Program-made: the position numbers and the translations under genes
Part shown: piece by piece, positions 48,488 to 58,750 of the stretch
Layout: the number at the start of each line of letters is the position of its first letter
Position numbering within the stretch: position 1 is the stretch's first letter
Source: an uncultured Poribacteria bacterium
GTDB lineage: Bacteria > Poribacteria > WGA-4E > WGA-3G
Direction of reading: 5' to 3'
Length of the DNA: 64,000 nt
NCBI GenBank assembly: GCA_958296135.2
Contig: CATQHZ020000001.1
Span: forward strand, 64,001 to 128,000
The notes under the pieces: model-generated
What the model was told of the DNA's origin: nothing
What the model saw: only the letters and a program-made list of their open reading frames with translations
Database searches by the model: none

Positions 48488-51400
48488 ATGCTAAAGCGCG
48501 CAAGTCTATGCAGCAGCATGCGAACCATTGCAGGGAACCTGTTGTTGCTGCCCCTCTTGATGATGGTAGGTTGCACAACATTGTCAACCGATCCCCCCGC
48601 CGATGTCCCCTTTGAGGATTTGCGTTCTGGGACGCGCACCGGCAAGAGGTGGCCGGTGGAACGGACGCTCGTCAGTAACGAAGTCAACTGTATTGCTGCA
48701 GACGCACACAATGTATGGATTGCAACAGAAGCCGGGGTGTCGCGCTGGAGACGCAACCAAGGAAAGTGGGACCACTATACCATGGAAGATGGACTCGCAA
48801 ACGATGCCGTGAATGCTGTCGCAATTGATGGACATTGGGTCTGGTTCGCCACAGATGAAGGCGTCAGCCGCTACGAACCCCAAACGAACACCTTTTCCAC
48901 ATTCCGAAGCCTGGATGGATTAGCCAGCGACCAGGTATCCTCCATCGCTGTAGATGGGAACTACGTCTGGTTTGGCACATCCAACGGGCTCAACCGTTAT
49001 GACAAAACCATTGACAGCTGGGCAGTGCGAACCCGGAAAGATGGACTCGTCAGCAAGGTGATTACCACGATTGCTGTTGAACCAGAATACGTCTGGGTAG
49101 GAACAGATAAGGAAATAAACCCAGACCCGCATGGATGGGATGAAGACCCGAGGTTCAGCAAAGGCGGCGTGAGCCGATACCATCGAGACACCGATTCATG
49201 GAATAACTATACCAAATCAGATGGACTCATTGACACGCAGATCGCCACCATCGCAGTGGACGAAGAGAGTGTTTGGTTTGGTACCCAAAATGCCGGGGTC
49301 ACACAATACAATCAGGTCGACCAGACCTTCATCAAGACATATACCAAAACCGATCTGCTCAAAAGCAATAGAATCACGTCGATTCGCGCAGATGGGTTCC
49401 AGGTATGGTTTGGCACCGCCAATGCAGGCGTTCACCGTTTTATCAAGCCTGTCAACACCTGGGTCCATTACACCGAAGTGGATGGGCTTTCAAGCAATCA
49501 TGTCAGTTGGATTACCACACAAGGCAACGATGTCTGGTTTGGCAGCAAAGAAGATGGCGTGAGCCGATTTGATAAAGTCAGCGGGGAGTGGACGATTTAC
49601 AAGCAAGCCGATTTTCTCGCCGATAACGATGTCCGGGATATCGCGCGGGATGCAGATGGAAACCTCTGGGTGGCAACTGTCTCCGGAATTTCAAAATATG
49701 AACCCCAAACGCGCACCTGGGAAGTCATCTCCAGAGAAGATGGCCTCCCGACCCCCTATGTTATGTCGATACAGGTGCATCCACAATCGACGGACGCACG
49801 AATCTGGATTGGGACAGACCGCGGGCTTGGCTCACGCGCGCACCTGGGCGGCGAGTGGGCATTTAACACACCCCCTCAAGCCCTAACGCATGGTGAAGCC
49901 TTTGTGACAGCACTTGATGCGGATGCGGATGCCGAGGTGCTCTGGCTCGGCACGAGCTTGGGGCCAGCGATGTATAACATGACTTCTCAAGAATGGACGC
50001 AGTTGGATATACCGATGGAACGGAATCGCGACCTGGGACTTGTGCCTACCGGGGAGTCGGGCCCCGAGGCCTTGCCTACTCTCCAGGGGCAGGAGACTCC
50101 GCCAAATCCGCTCGTCTTATCTGTCCTTGCTCGCGATGGGAGTGTCTGGTTTGGTGGAGCAAGTGGGATTTGGCGATATGCAATTGCGGAGAAAAAGGGG
50201 TATCAGGTCTCCTCTGAGGGCCTGCCGCACGCCTTCGTGAATGTCCTGCTTGCCACAGAGAACACGCTTTGGGCAGGAACGCGGCAGGGCCTCGCACGAT
50301 ATGACAGTGCCCAGCAGAGGTGGATACCCCTGCCGTTCAATCAACAATTGCCCTCGCCCAACGTCACCGCGCTCGCTTTTCAGCCAGCGGACACATCCGC
50401 CGGCCGCGAGGGAACCCTCTGGATAGGCACCCCGCGTGGGCTCGGAAGCTATACCATTGATTCCGAGTCTTGGCGCAAGCACTCAGACGTGTCGGCCAAC
50501 ATTCGCGACATCCTGTGGGATGAGGCGGACACACTCTGGTTAGCTACCGCCATCGGGCTTGTTGAATATCGGACGCTAGCTGGCGAACAGGTGCTTCATC
50601 AATCCCGACCTGTGCGGAAGCCGTTACTTGAAACAAAGGTGTCACATATCAAATTTGATGGCGATTACATCTGGTTCAATAACTGGAGCTCTTCACCGAA
50701 TGGCGGCATTTTACGCTTTCATCGCCCCACCGAAACATGGCGACGTTTCACGCGCATGGATATTCTCCAGTCCACTCAGAAAAAAGCCATAACCCTCATC
50801 CGTTGGATCCATGTGGATACAGACGCAGTCTGGTTTACCACAGACTTAGGCGTCCTCCGCTACCATAAAAAGACGGATACCTGGAAACATTGGACGGTAG
50901 AAGATGGACTCTCTACGAACGATGTTGACAAGATTGCCGTGAGTGCACACAGCGTCTGGGTAATTCCAATGATAGGTGTCGAATTGAACCAGTATAAAAA
51001 GGCAGCCGGAACATGGAACGTGGTCGCGCCTAAAAGCGACGCTCAGATTGAACGGTTAAACGCGCTAGGCGTTGATGGCCCCGAAGTCTGGTTCGGTTCA
51101 GGGCGCGGCCTTCACCGTTACAATGAATTCACAGCGGAATGGCGCGATTTCACACCCAAAGACGGACTCGCAGGAAGAGGGGCCGAGTGGATTACCGTAG
51201 ATGACGATTTTGTCTGGGTAGCGCGCTCGGAATGGGACAGAGGCAGCAACCGCCCGTTATCGCGATATGATAAAAAAGCAAAAAAGTGGACGACGTTTTC
51301 AACCAATGACGTGCTAGCCGCGAGAACTATTAGACAGATTATTGCAACAGAACACGATGTGTGGATACTCTACAGACCCTGGGATAACGCCGGTGTCACC

Positions 51401-52708
51401 CGATACGACAGGCGCACAGCAGAGTGGACCACGATTAAGTCCGGCCGCGGGACCACCGAGCTAGCCACAGACGAAGATTATCTCTGGTTAGCTGCCCCCA
51501 ATGAAGGCCTCAGGCGATTTCATTTCTCCTCAGGCACATGGACATCCTTTAAAGATATTGAGGGCCTGTTGCATAACCATGTAAATGAATATGGACTCGC
51601 AGTCGATGAAGACTTTGTATGGGTAGGAACATGGCACGGGCTCTCACGTTATGATAAACAGAAGGAATCCTGGATGCCTTACACCGCCCTGCCAACTGTC
51701 GCCGGACGCACCATCCGGACAGTGGATACAGACGAACGTTTCGTGTGGGTAGGCACCGACAATGGGATGTCTCGCTATGATAAAAACTTAGGCACTTGGA
51801 AGAATTATCAGCAGAAGGGCGGCTCCGAGGAAATAGCCACACACGGCGGCCATTGGCACCGCTACCGCCCAAAATCTCGCGACACGCTCTCCGATAACGC
51901 CGTCAATGCTATTGTCGTTGATGAACAATACGTCTGGATAGGCACACGCGATGGAGCAAATCGCTTTGATAAACTCGCACTCCGATGGGACGGATACAAA
52001 ACCGAACATGGACTGCCTGACAATAATGTCACCTCTGTCAGCAGCGATGGCACTAACATTTGGGTAGGAACCAACGCCGGCATAGGCAAATATCCACGCA
52101 CCGCCGATGACCTTAACGCTTGGATCGGTTACACATCTGGCACGGAAATCCAGCCATCAGCTGTCTCCAAGGAGTTCGCGGAATCCTTGGTTACCGATGA
52201 AATCTGGTGCATCGCGACTAGCAAAAAAAATGTCTGGGTAGGCACGCGGCGCGGCGTAAGTCTATACGACATCGGAAGAGACACCTGGCGGACAATCACC
52301 ACAGCAGATGGACTCGCAAGCAACGAAGTGAGTTGTATCGCCATTGATGGCAACCGGGTCTGGTTTGGAAGTGACCGCGGTGTAACGGTTTACAATGAGA
52401 AGACAGCCGCGTGGGTTTCCTACACGACGCAAGATGGACTCGCCAGCAACCGAGTCACCACTATCGGAGTTGATGGCACAGAAGTGTGGATCGGGACATA
52501 CAATGCAGGAGTGAGCCGGTTCGATCAGCTGACGCAGCACTGGACGACTTACACTCGAAAAGAGGGATTGGCTCATAACGGCATCCTTTCTATGGCGATA
52601 GGCAGAACCTACGTTTGGTTCGGCACCTATCGGGGGTTGAGCCGCCTTGAGAAACGCACAGGCATCTGGACGACTTTCACAGAAGCCTACGGTCCTGAAG
52701 ATCTTTGA
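48488..52708 (+). CDS. very large multi-beta-propeller lipoprotein (two-component regulator propeller-type repeats)
   Basis: Lipobox-like MVGC; more than 20 repeats of DGL..N.V..IA.DG..VWFGT..GVSR. Confidence 0.85.
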   Translation: MLKRASLCSSMRTIAGNLLLLPLLMMVGCTTLSTDPPADVPFEDLRSGTRTGKRWPVERTLVSNEVNCIAADAHNVWIATEAGVSRWRRNQGKWDHYTMEDGLANDAVNAVAIDGHWVWFATDEGVSRYEPQTNTFSTFRSLDGLASDQVSSIAVDGNYVWFGTSNGLNRYDKTIDSWAVRTRKDGLVSKVITTIAVEPEYVWVGTDKEINPDPHGWDEDPRFSKGGVSRYHRDTDSWNNYTKSDGLIDTQIATIAVDEESVWFGTQNAGVTQYNQVDQTFIKTYTKTDLLKSNRITSIRADGFQVWFGTANAGVHRFIKPVNTWVHYTEVDGLSSNHVSWITTQGNDVWFGSKEDGVSRFDKVSGEWTIYKQADFLADNDVRDIARDADGNLWVATVSGISKYEPQTRTWEVISREDGLPTPYVMSIQVHPQSTDARIWIGTDRGLGSRAHLGGEWAFNTPPQALTHGEAFVTALDADADAEVLWLGTSLGPAMYNMTSQEWTQLDIPMERNRDLGLVPTGESGPEALPTLQGQETPPNPLVLSVLARDGSVWFGGASGIWRYAIAEKKGYQVSSEGLPHAFVNVLLATENTLWAGTRQGLARYDSAQQRWIPLPFNQQLPSPNVTALAFQPADTSAGREGTLWIGTPRGLGSYTIDSESWRKHSDVSANIRDILWDEADTLWLATAIGLVEYRTLAGEQVLHQSRPVRKPLLETKVSHIKFDGDYIWFNNWSSSPNGGILRFHRPTETWRRFTRMDILQSTQKKAITLIRWIHVDTDAVWFTTDLGVLRYHKKTDTWKHWTVEDGLSTNDVDKIAVSAHSVWVIPMIGVELNQYKKAAGTWNVVAPKSDAQIERLNALGVDGPEVWFGSGRGLHRYNEFTAEWRDFTPKDGLAGRGAEWITVDDDFVWVARSEWDRGSNRPLSRYDKKAKKWTTFSTNDVLAARTIRQIIATEHDVWILYRPWDNAGVTRYDRRTAEWTTIKSGRGTTELATDEDYLWLAAPNEGLRRFHFSSGTWTSFKDIEGLLHNHVNEYGLAVDEDFVWVGTWHGLSRYDKQKESWMPYTALPTVAGRTIRTVDTDERFVWVGTDNGMSRYDKNLGTWKNYQQKGGSEEIATHGGHWHRYRPKSRDTLSDNAVNAIVVDEQYVWIGTRDGANRFDKLALRWDGYKTEHGLPDNNVTSVSSDGTNIWVGTNAGIGKYPRTADDLNAWIGYTSGTEIQPSAVSKEFAESLVTDEIWCIATSKKNVWVGTRRGVSLYDIGRDTWRTITTADGLASNEVSCIAIDGNRVWFGSDRGVTVYNEKTAAWVSYTTQDGLASNRVTTIGVDGTEVWIGTYNAGVSRFDQLTQHWTTYTRKEGLAHNGILSMAIGRTYVWFGTYRGLSRLEKRTGIWTTFTEAYGPEDL

Positions 52709-52721
52709 GGTGAGGTAAGGT

Positions 52722-54695
52722 TTGAATGTTATGATGAGACTCAAAACTCGCAACCGAAAAGGCCTGATGCACGGCTTGCTTGTTCTCACGCTTTGCTGTT
52801 TTCTGACTTCCCGAATTGAAGCAGAAGATGTATACAGCCTATTTGGAAAATTATTCCTGTCCGGACGTGTTGAATACGATTTCACAAATAGACGTAACTT
52901 CCTCGCCGATACGGAAACAGAACGAGTCAGGCAGGACGATTTTGATTTTGACCGGCTCTTCCGACGCGGCTTCCACAGTGTTATGGTGATTGAGGAAACA
53001 GCAGGCAGTGTTAAGAATATTCTAAGCCTCGGTGAAGTCCCAACGACCTTCACGAAATTTACCTTCGACCAGATCGACCTGGCCGGGGTCCGATGGGAGG
53101 TCCGCTCAGAACACACCGATTGGACAATCTTGATGGTTCCCGGACTGCTCAACCGGATAAACGGGCAAGAAGGGGCAACACAAGGCTCAGGCATCGGCCT
53201 GCGGGAAGTCACAAAATTTGGCAAATCGCAGATTGGGCTATCGTGGTACTTCCGCGAAACGCCGGTATGGGCAGTCGATATGGAGACGAACTTCACTAAC
53301 TATGGACTGAAAACAGAGCTCGCTGTCACACCCAAGAGCGCGTTGCAAAAAAACCTGCGTTCGCGGTTTGACGCAACCGCAACAGTCCTCAAAGCTTTCC
53401 AAACCGTCGGAGACACGATTTTTCAGGCCGAAGCGTTTCGCATCGGACCGCGGTTCGATGCCGCACACGCCGTCGGAGATAACGATGACCAGGACCGGTA
53501 CTCCGATAACACACCCCTTGACCCTCCCTCCCTCATTATTCCCGGTGACCTGGATAAAAACAACAATGGCACCTTTGACTATGAAGATGACATCCTGCTT
53601 TTTGATGTCGATGAAGACTTCCTGGACGAAAGCGACCGGAACAACAACGGCATCCGGGACGAAGAGGAAAATGATAAAGACCCAAATTACGAATTTGATG
53701 CCGGACTCCAAGGAATACGCCTCTTCATGAACCGAAAAATAAGTCGGCAGACCAGCATCGTCGATCTGGATGTTGGACTGCAAATCGAAAAGAAACTCAA
53801 TGCTAAAAAAGTGAGAAACGCACCCACCTCGACGAAGGCGTTTGCCAATCTGGTTTACCAGAAAGAACTCGCACGAGCCTCCTCACTACGGTTTGAGAAC
53901 GAACTGAAACTGGTGAAAGACCGGATACCCGACGAAACTTGGTATTTCGCCGGGTTCCTGAGCAAATCAGAGGAACGACTCTATCGGAAACAGCCGGAAA
54001 TCAAGAGGTTGGAGGCAGCAGAGGATGTCCAGTTTTTCGAGATTGATGGCGGCATTGAAGTCGAAAAACGGCGCAGGGACCCGCTGTTGATGCAAGATGA
54101 CCTCATTAACACCGCCAAAGTGACTTGGGAGTTCCTCGGCATTGACCGGATGGTAACAACCGCACGCGCCAAACTGCAATACGATTTTGATTTTCAGAAA
54201 GATAATCAACATTATGAAGTCGGCATTTTCAAAACCTTATACCGCCTGAGGCCCTCCAAATCATTAGAAATCAGTCCCATGTTCAAATACACTATCCGCA
54301 ACGGGTTCCGGATGGCAGAAGACCGGCTCACACACCTCGGGGTGAAAGACGAAATTGATGGCACCGTGCTCACACGGCTGCTCCGATTGCGCCAAATTGA
54401 ACGCGCGGATGTCCGAGATATGGCTTCCGCGTTTATCCTCAAGGTGGTCTATCAGTTCACGAAAACCATCAAAATCACTGGCGGCGGGCAGATTCTCCTG
54501 TTCAATGATATGCTTGCCGATGATAACGATTTTGTCCGACAGGCATTACTCGCTGAAATGGAAAAGAGTTTCGTCGCCTACAACAAGCAGCTTTTTCTAC
54601 ATATCGGCGCGCGATACATCGATCAGCGGGCAGTAGGCGAAGTGAACGATCAAAATTTCATGGAAATTTTCGTGCGGGTCTTTGGCAAGTTCTAA
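52722..54695 (+). CDS. putative outer-membrane beta-barrel protein with acidic Ca-binding-like loops
   Basis: Signal peptide, amphipathic strands, terminal VRVFGKF; DLDKNNNG and DRNNNG motifs. Confidence 0.6.
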   Translation: MNVMMRLKTRNRKGLMHGLLVLTLCCFLTSRIEAEDVYSLFGKLFLSGRVEYDFTNRRNFLADTETERVRQDDFDFDRLFRRGFHSVMVIEETAGSVKNILSLGEVPTTFTKFTFDQIDLAGVRWEVRSEHTDWTILMVPGLLNRINGQEGATQGSGIGLREVTKFGKSQIGLSWYFRETPVWAVDMETNFTNYGLKTELAVTPKSALQKNLRSRFDATATVLKAFQTVGDTIFQAEAFRIGPRFDAAHAVGDNDDQDRYSDNTPLDPPSLIIPGDLDKNNNGTFDYEDDILLFDVDEDFLDESDRNNNGIRDEEENDKDPNYEFDAGLQGIRLFMNRKISRQTSIVDLDVGLQIEKKLNAKKVRNAPTSTKAFANLVYQKELARASSLRFENELKLVKDRIPDETWYFAGFLSKSEERLYRKQPEIKRLEAAEDVQFFEIDGGIEVEKRRRDPLLMQDDLINTAKVTWEFLGIDRMVTTARAKLQYDFDFQKDNQHYEVGIFKTLYRLRPSKSLEISPMFKYTIRNGFRMAEDRLTHLGVKDEIDGTVLTRLLRLRQIERADVRDMASAFILKVVYQFTKTIKITGGGQILLFNDMLADDNDFVRQALLAEMEKSFVAYNKQLFLHIGARYIDQRAVGEVNDQNFMEIFVRVFGKF

Positions 54696-54744
54696 TTCCA
54701 AGCCGTGCCGTCCCCTTTTTCCGTAGCGCGAGGCATATTTTAAT

Positions 54745-54981
54745 CCGTAGCGCGAGGGCCTGTCCCTCGCCCTGCTGCCGGTACTTTACCGTAGGGCGAG
54801 GGCCTGTCCCTCGCGTTGTTGTCCTCCGCCCTGCTGCCGGTACTTTACCGTAGGGCGAGGGCCTGTCCCTCGCGTTGTTGTCCTCCGCCCTGCTGCCGGT
54901 ACTTTACCGTAGGGCGAGGGCCTGTCCCTCGCGTTGTTGTCCTCCGCCCTGCTGCCGGTACTTTACCGTAGGGCGAGGGCC
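54745..54981. repeat. 59-bp tandem repeat (three exact units plus partial units), each containing a GTAG REP
   Basis: Units start at 54789, 54848, 54907 and 54966. Confidence 0.9.
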
Positions 54982-55084
54982 GTCACGGTCACGTCTACAG
55001 CAAACGTGTTTACGGTAGGTCAGTCGATCTGCCTTGTCAGATCGACTGTCTTGATAGACGTGACCGTTGCTTCGCATAAGCAAA

Positions 55085-55146
55085 CTACCTTACTTTAACG
55101 CTGTCCTCTCTGCCGCCTCGCTGCAGAGCTGTCCACTGTCCCTCGC
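55085..55146. repeat. 62-bp direct repeat, left copy
   Basis: Matches 61940..62001 with one mismatch. Confidence 0.9.
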
Positions 55147-55192
55147 GTTGCTGCCCTCTATAGGAGTCGCGTATTTTATCCGTAGCGCAAAA

Positions 55193-55639
55193 TCAAACGC
55201 ATCGCGCCAAGACAGCAAGTGTCAACGTCCGTTCATTTGGGAAAGCCACGGTGAGCAAGGCTGAAAAAGTACCGGGCTCTCTCACCGGTCCTAGCCGAAT
55301 CGTAATGCGTAGATTTCCTTCCGATTCCGGCGTGAGGCTCCATGTCAACGCGGGGTGGTGTGTCGGCATCAGGCGAATCTTGGCGGTAAAGTTTTTGCGA
55401 GGCACCGCTCTCGCTTCGGTATAGGCGCGCCCGTTCACGGAAAGGGTTATTTGCCGCGTATGCGTTGTGTTGGGCAAGATATCCCCGAAATCGCATAGGG
55501 CTGTGCTCAGTTTTGCGAACGGTTTGGGAACGGAATTGACGCTGTTCTGTTCACGCCGATTGTTGACTAAGATAGTGAGGATGGCGAGGAGAAACAGCGC
55601 GGATATGAGGATAGAGGTAAGCGTTGCGCGTTTTTGCAT
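55193..55639 (-). CDS. membrane-anchored Ig-like (DUF1573-like) protein, possibly internally deleted
   Basis: N-terminal TM, CDFGDI, beta-rich C-terminal part. Confidence 0.5.
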   Translation of the reverse strand: MQKRATLTSILISALFLLAILTILVNNRREQNSVNSVPKPFAKLSTALCDFGDILPNTTHTRQITLSVNGRAYTEARAVPRKNFTAKIRLMPTHHPALTWSLTPESEGNLRITIRLGPVREPGTFSALLTVAFPNERTLTLAVLARCV

Positions 55640-55698
55640 TTTTTCATCCCCTCATTATCCGTAGGCGCGGTTGCAAACCGCACCTCCCGGGGAATGGC

Positions 55699-56151
55699 TC
55701 AGTTCGCGAATCTAGAGCCTTGTTGTGGAGATAAGGCGATGAAGAGACTCGCGGCGGCGCAGAGCATGTCAACGAACACCGCCTTCCACGTCGGGGCTTG
55801 CGAGAGCGACAGCCATTCAAACAGAATATTCTCGCACCCGCACGAAGAGAGCGGCAGCTGTCGCCACAGCACCGATGCGAGTGCCAACGCAAAGCAGAGG
55901 AACAGCAGCGATGCCACGGCACCAGCACCCGATAGCCGATAGCCGATGCACAACGCTATCCCCAACGTTATCTCTGCCGATACCAGCAAGTAACTGGCAG
56001 GCCGGATGAACGCCGCGGGTAAGATATGATAGCTCTCCACCGCTGCAACGAAGGTACCGAAGCCATCAAATTTGGCAATGCCGGAGAAGAGGAGAATCAA
56101 GCCGAGAACGACTCGGAGAAGCGTCAGCAAGACAGCGGCAACCTGTTTCAT
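55699..56151 (-). CDS. MauE/DoxX family membrane protein
   Basis: LRVVLG..LFSGIAK, YHILP, SCGC. Confidence 0.85.
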   Translation of the reverse strand: MKQVAAVLLTLLRVVLGLILLFSGIAKFDGFGTFVAAVESYHILPAAFIRPASYLLVSAEITLGIALCIGYRLSGAGAVASLLFLCFALALASVLWRQLPLSSCGCENILFEWLSLSQAPTWKAVFVDMLCAAASLFIALSPQQGSRFAN

Positions 56152-56651
56152 TTTCCCTGTTCCTTGCTGTGGGAGTCCGGATGTGCCAAATCTGCCTTCT
56201 CCACCGGATAGCCCGCGCTTTCCCACCCGAAAATGCCACTCGGAAAAACTTGGACGTTTCGGTAGCCTTCTTCCAACAGGAATTCCCGCAGGATATGCGC
56301 AATCGGGCAGCTGATGTTCCCGCAGTAGGTAATCAGATACGTGTCCTTGTCCGTTGGCAATACGGACAACGTTTCCTTAACGCGGCTGAGAGGGACGTTC
56401 ACGGCACCGGGGATGTGTCCCCGTTTGAAGTATTTGGTGCCGCGCGCATCCACAAAAACCGCTTCGCCTTGCTGCCAGACCTGGTGCACCTCCGGCATGT
56501 CGAGTTCTATGGAAGGCGTGCCGCGATGACTGATGGAGTTGTCAGGCAGGATTCCCGCAAGAGTTATGCACCAGAGTGCTAAGGCAACGAGGCATATCCA
56601 CAAAGTGATGAAGAGTGAGTCGCTAAAGATTCTCATTATTTTCTGTGACAT
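56148..56651 (-). CDS. membrane-anchored rhodanese-like domain protein
   Basis: FVDAR, GHIPGAVNVP, YCGNISC, GW..AGYPVE. Confidence 0.9.
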   Translation of the reverse strand: MSQKIMRIFSDSLFITLWICLVALALWCITLAGILPDNSISHRGTPSIELDMPEVHQVWQQGEAVFVDARGTKYFKRGHIPGAVNVPLSRVKETLSVLPTDKDTYLITYCGNISCPIAHILREFLLEEGYRNVQVFPSGIFGWESAGYPVEKADLAHPDSHSKEQGK

Positions 56652-56655
56652 TTCA

Positions 56656-57360
56656 TTATGGCTGTTTTTTCAGGGTTCCCCAGGTCGTCGCCAATTTCGC
56701 TTTGGGTGAAACGGCGAGTGTCGGGCCAGAAATGGTAAACGCATCCACCCACGCCGTGCCTTCCCATTCGTTCGCGACGTTAATGCCTTCCATGACGAAA
56801 CCGAGAATCTCGATTTTGTCAAAGTTGGCATCCCGGAATTCGGTGCGGAATGCACCATCGGCATACACCTCGAAATGCCCAACGCGAAACCGCAATTCTA
56901 GCTGCGTCAGTGCCTCCGTGTCCCAGCGCGTTCGGGGTTCTCTGGAGACGCGCAGCCGAAACGGATGACTGCGCCCCTTGCCATCAAATCGCCGCGCTCG
57001 GATTTCGTCCGTGAAGAAGACATAGAAAAACGCATCCTCCTCTGGCGTATCGGGGAAACTTTTGCCGATGGCGAACCCGAACCGCGTCCTGTCACCGCCG
57101 AAGTCGTTGAGCGTCACGGTGAAATGCGTATAGGGCGCGCGGAGTGCCTGAAATCGGTAGAGTTCGTAGTCCAGTTCCCATTCGCGTTTGACTTCGGCGC
57201 GGAGAAACCCATCGGCGATTTTCCAGATGTCGGGATTGCCAACAATCTGCCACGCCGCCGGGTTTTCTACCTCAAAATCGTCGTGCCACACCTCGGCGGC
57301 GGCAGACGCTATTGATAAGCAGAGTGCCGCGGCCACCGCAGCGATAATCATTTTTCCCAT
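56656..57360 (-). CDS. secreted hypothetical protein with C-terminal AVSPKAKLATTWGTLK motif
   Basis: Signal peptide, WHDDF; paralog of 59542..60216. Confidence 0.75.
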   Translation of the reverse strand: MGKMIIAAVAAALCLSIASAAAEVWHDDFEVENPAAWQIVGNPDIWKIADGFLRAEVKREWELDYELYRFQALRAPYTHFTVTLNDFGGDRTRFGFAIGKSFPDTPEEDAFFYVFFTDEIRARRFDGKGRSHPFRLRVSREPRTRWDTEALTQLELRFRVGHFEVYADGAFRTEFRDANFDKIEILGFVMEGINVANEWEGTAWVDAFTISGPTLAVSPKAKLATTWGTLKKQP

Positions 57361-57515
57361 CCCTGTTCCTCCCGAAGAACTTCTTACGTATTGGCGCAAG
57401 ACGTTCGTTGATGTCTCTGGGGCAATCACGCCTCTTTACGTTCTTGCGATAAGGGTTTCTGGCAGTTTGAGAGCGCGCGGCGGACAGGCCCCCGTGCTAC
57501 TGCCCTAGGGCTATA

Positions 57516-58265
57516 TCATTCAATTTTGATGCAATCATACCACCGCTTCGTCTTTTTCCCTCTGCGGCTGAGCACGCCGGGTTTGCGTTCAACCGGCGGG
57601 CCGAAATCGCCATCTTTCTGCTTTAAGACATCCCAGTCCGGCGGAAACCACGTTTTCAACGTTCGGCAATGCACCTCAACGCTTTCGTCTTCCCACCCGC
57701 CGATTTTGTAATACATCGGGCAGACCCAACGTTCTTGGCGGTAGAGATACCGCCGCCAGCCGGTGACAGATGCCTGCGCGCGGATTTTCCTGCCATCGCG
57801 CCAGTGTCGTTCCACGCCGCTCCACGGGTACCCCGTTGTGCCGCTCCCAGCGTTGATTTCACTCCATCCCAGGTCATCACGGAGAGTGATATAGGCGTAG
57901 TCGGTGCCCCACGGGGTGTCGGAGGTGCCGAAATACCACTGCTGCGAACGATACCAGTGCAACGCGCCGCGGATACGGGACGAGGATACTTCTGCGCGTT
58001 CGAGCGTCTCCGGAATATCAAAAAACCCACGATTGTTATAGGGGTTATGGACACCAGGGCACAGCGTGAGAGAATTAACTTCCGGTCCGAACCATTTCCC
58101 ATCTCGCCCTGGCGTTCGATAGTACGCGCCTGCGTCACGCGGTTGAGCACTCTCGCCGGGATTCAATCGGGCGCGCGCGTAGGTGCTCCACAATGCAACA
58201 GCGAGGACGACAGCAGATAAGAGTGCCGCAAACAAGATGTCTTGATATGTGTGAATTTTTCGCAT
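57516..58265 (-). CDS. hypothetical exported protein (Trp/Gly/Cys-rich)
   Basis: N-terminal hydrophobic segment; 249-aa ORF with GGGGA RBS, co-oriented with the cassette. Confidence 0.6.
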   Translation of the reverse strand: MRKIHTYQDILFAALLSAVVLAVALWSTYARARLNPGESAQPRDAGAYYRTPGRDGKWFGPEVNSLTLCPGVHNPYNNRGFFDIPETLERAEVSSSRIRGALHWYRSQQWYFGTSDTPWGTDYAYITLRDDLGWSEINAGSGTTGYPWSGVERHWRDGRKIRAQASVTGWRRYLYRQERWVCPMYYKIGGWEDESVEVHCRTLKTWFPPDWDVLKQKDGDFGPPVERKPGVLSRRGKKTKRWYDCIKIE

Positions 58266-58332
58266 GCGTATTCCCCTGTCAGCCGATGCGCTCTCATCAG
58301 GTGCGCGACTCTGGTGGCGATTTCGGTTGTTG

Positions 58333-58683
58333 CTAGTTTCCGTATTTACCGAACCATCCGAAGATTTGATTCAGTAGGGAGACGGCACTAAACCCGATAG
58401 CGGAGAGGATGGCTGCAATCTTCCAGCGTTCAGTGGTATCCGTCTTTTTCTGTGCGTCTGCTTTTTCAGCGTCTGCTTTGCGTTCGGCAGTGTGGGCGAT
58501 GTGCATCTCAAACATGGCGTTGAGCCGCGTTTGTTCGTTCCGCATGTCCTCCACCTTGCCGTTGAGTTCTTTCATGTCGTTCTTCAGTTCGGCTTCAATT
58601 GGCTTGAGTACGTTGGCAACTTCCGCTTTGACGGCTTTGCCAATCTCATCAGCGATGAGTTTGCGAAGTTCGTCTGGGTTCAT
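58333..58683 (-). CDS. small coiled-coil protein with C-terminal TM helix, copy 3
   Basis: MNPDELRK...WFGKYGN; GAGGAG RBS. Confidence 0.75.
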   Translation of the reverse strand: MNPDELRKLIADEIGKAVKAEVANVLKPIEAELKNDMKELNGKVEDMRNEQTRLNAMFEMHIAHTAERKADAEKADAQKKTDTTERWKIAAILSAIGFSAVSLLNQIFGWFGKYGN

Positions 58684-58750
58684 GTTTTTCTCCTCGGTTG
58701 TAGGGACGCGGTTTGTAACCGTTGCGCGCCTGTCGTTATTTGGGTTGTTG

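Noticed and set aside
52262-53296. Long antisense ORFs (e.g. 52262..53296, 62600..63649, 22676..23572)
   Set aside because: Shadow ORFs opposite well-supported genes in GC-rich DNA, with no recognisable motifs.
54745-54981. Possible CRISPR array
   Set aside because: The 59-bp units are identical throughout with no unique spacers, and there are no cas genes in the window; it is a REP-containing tandem repeat.
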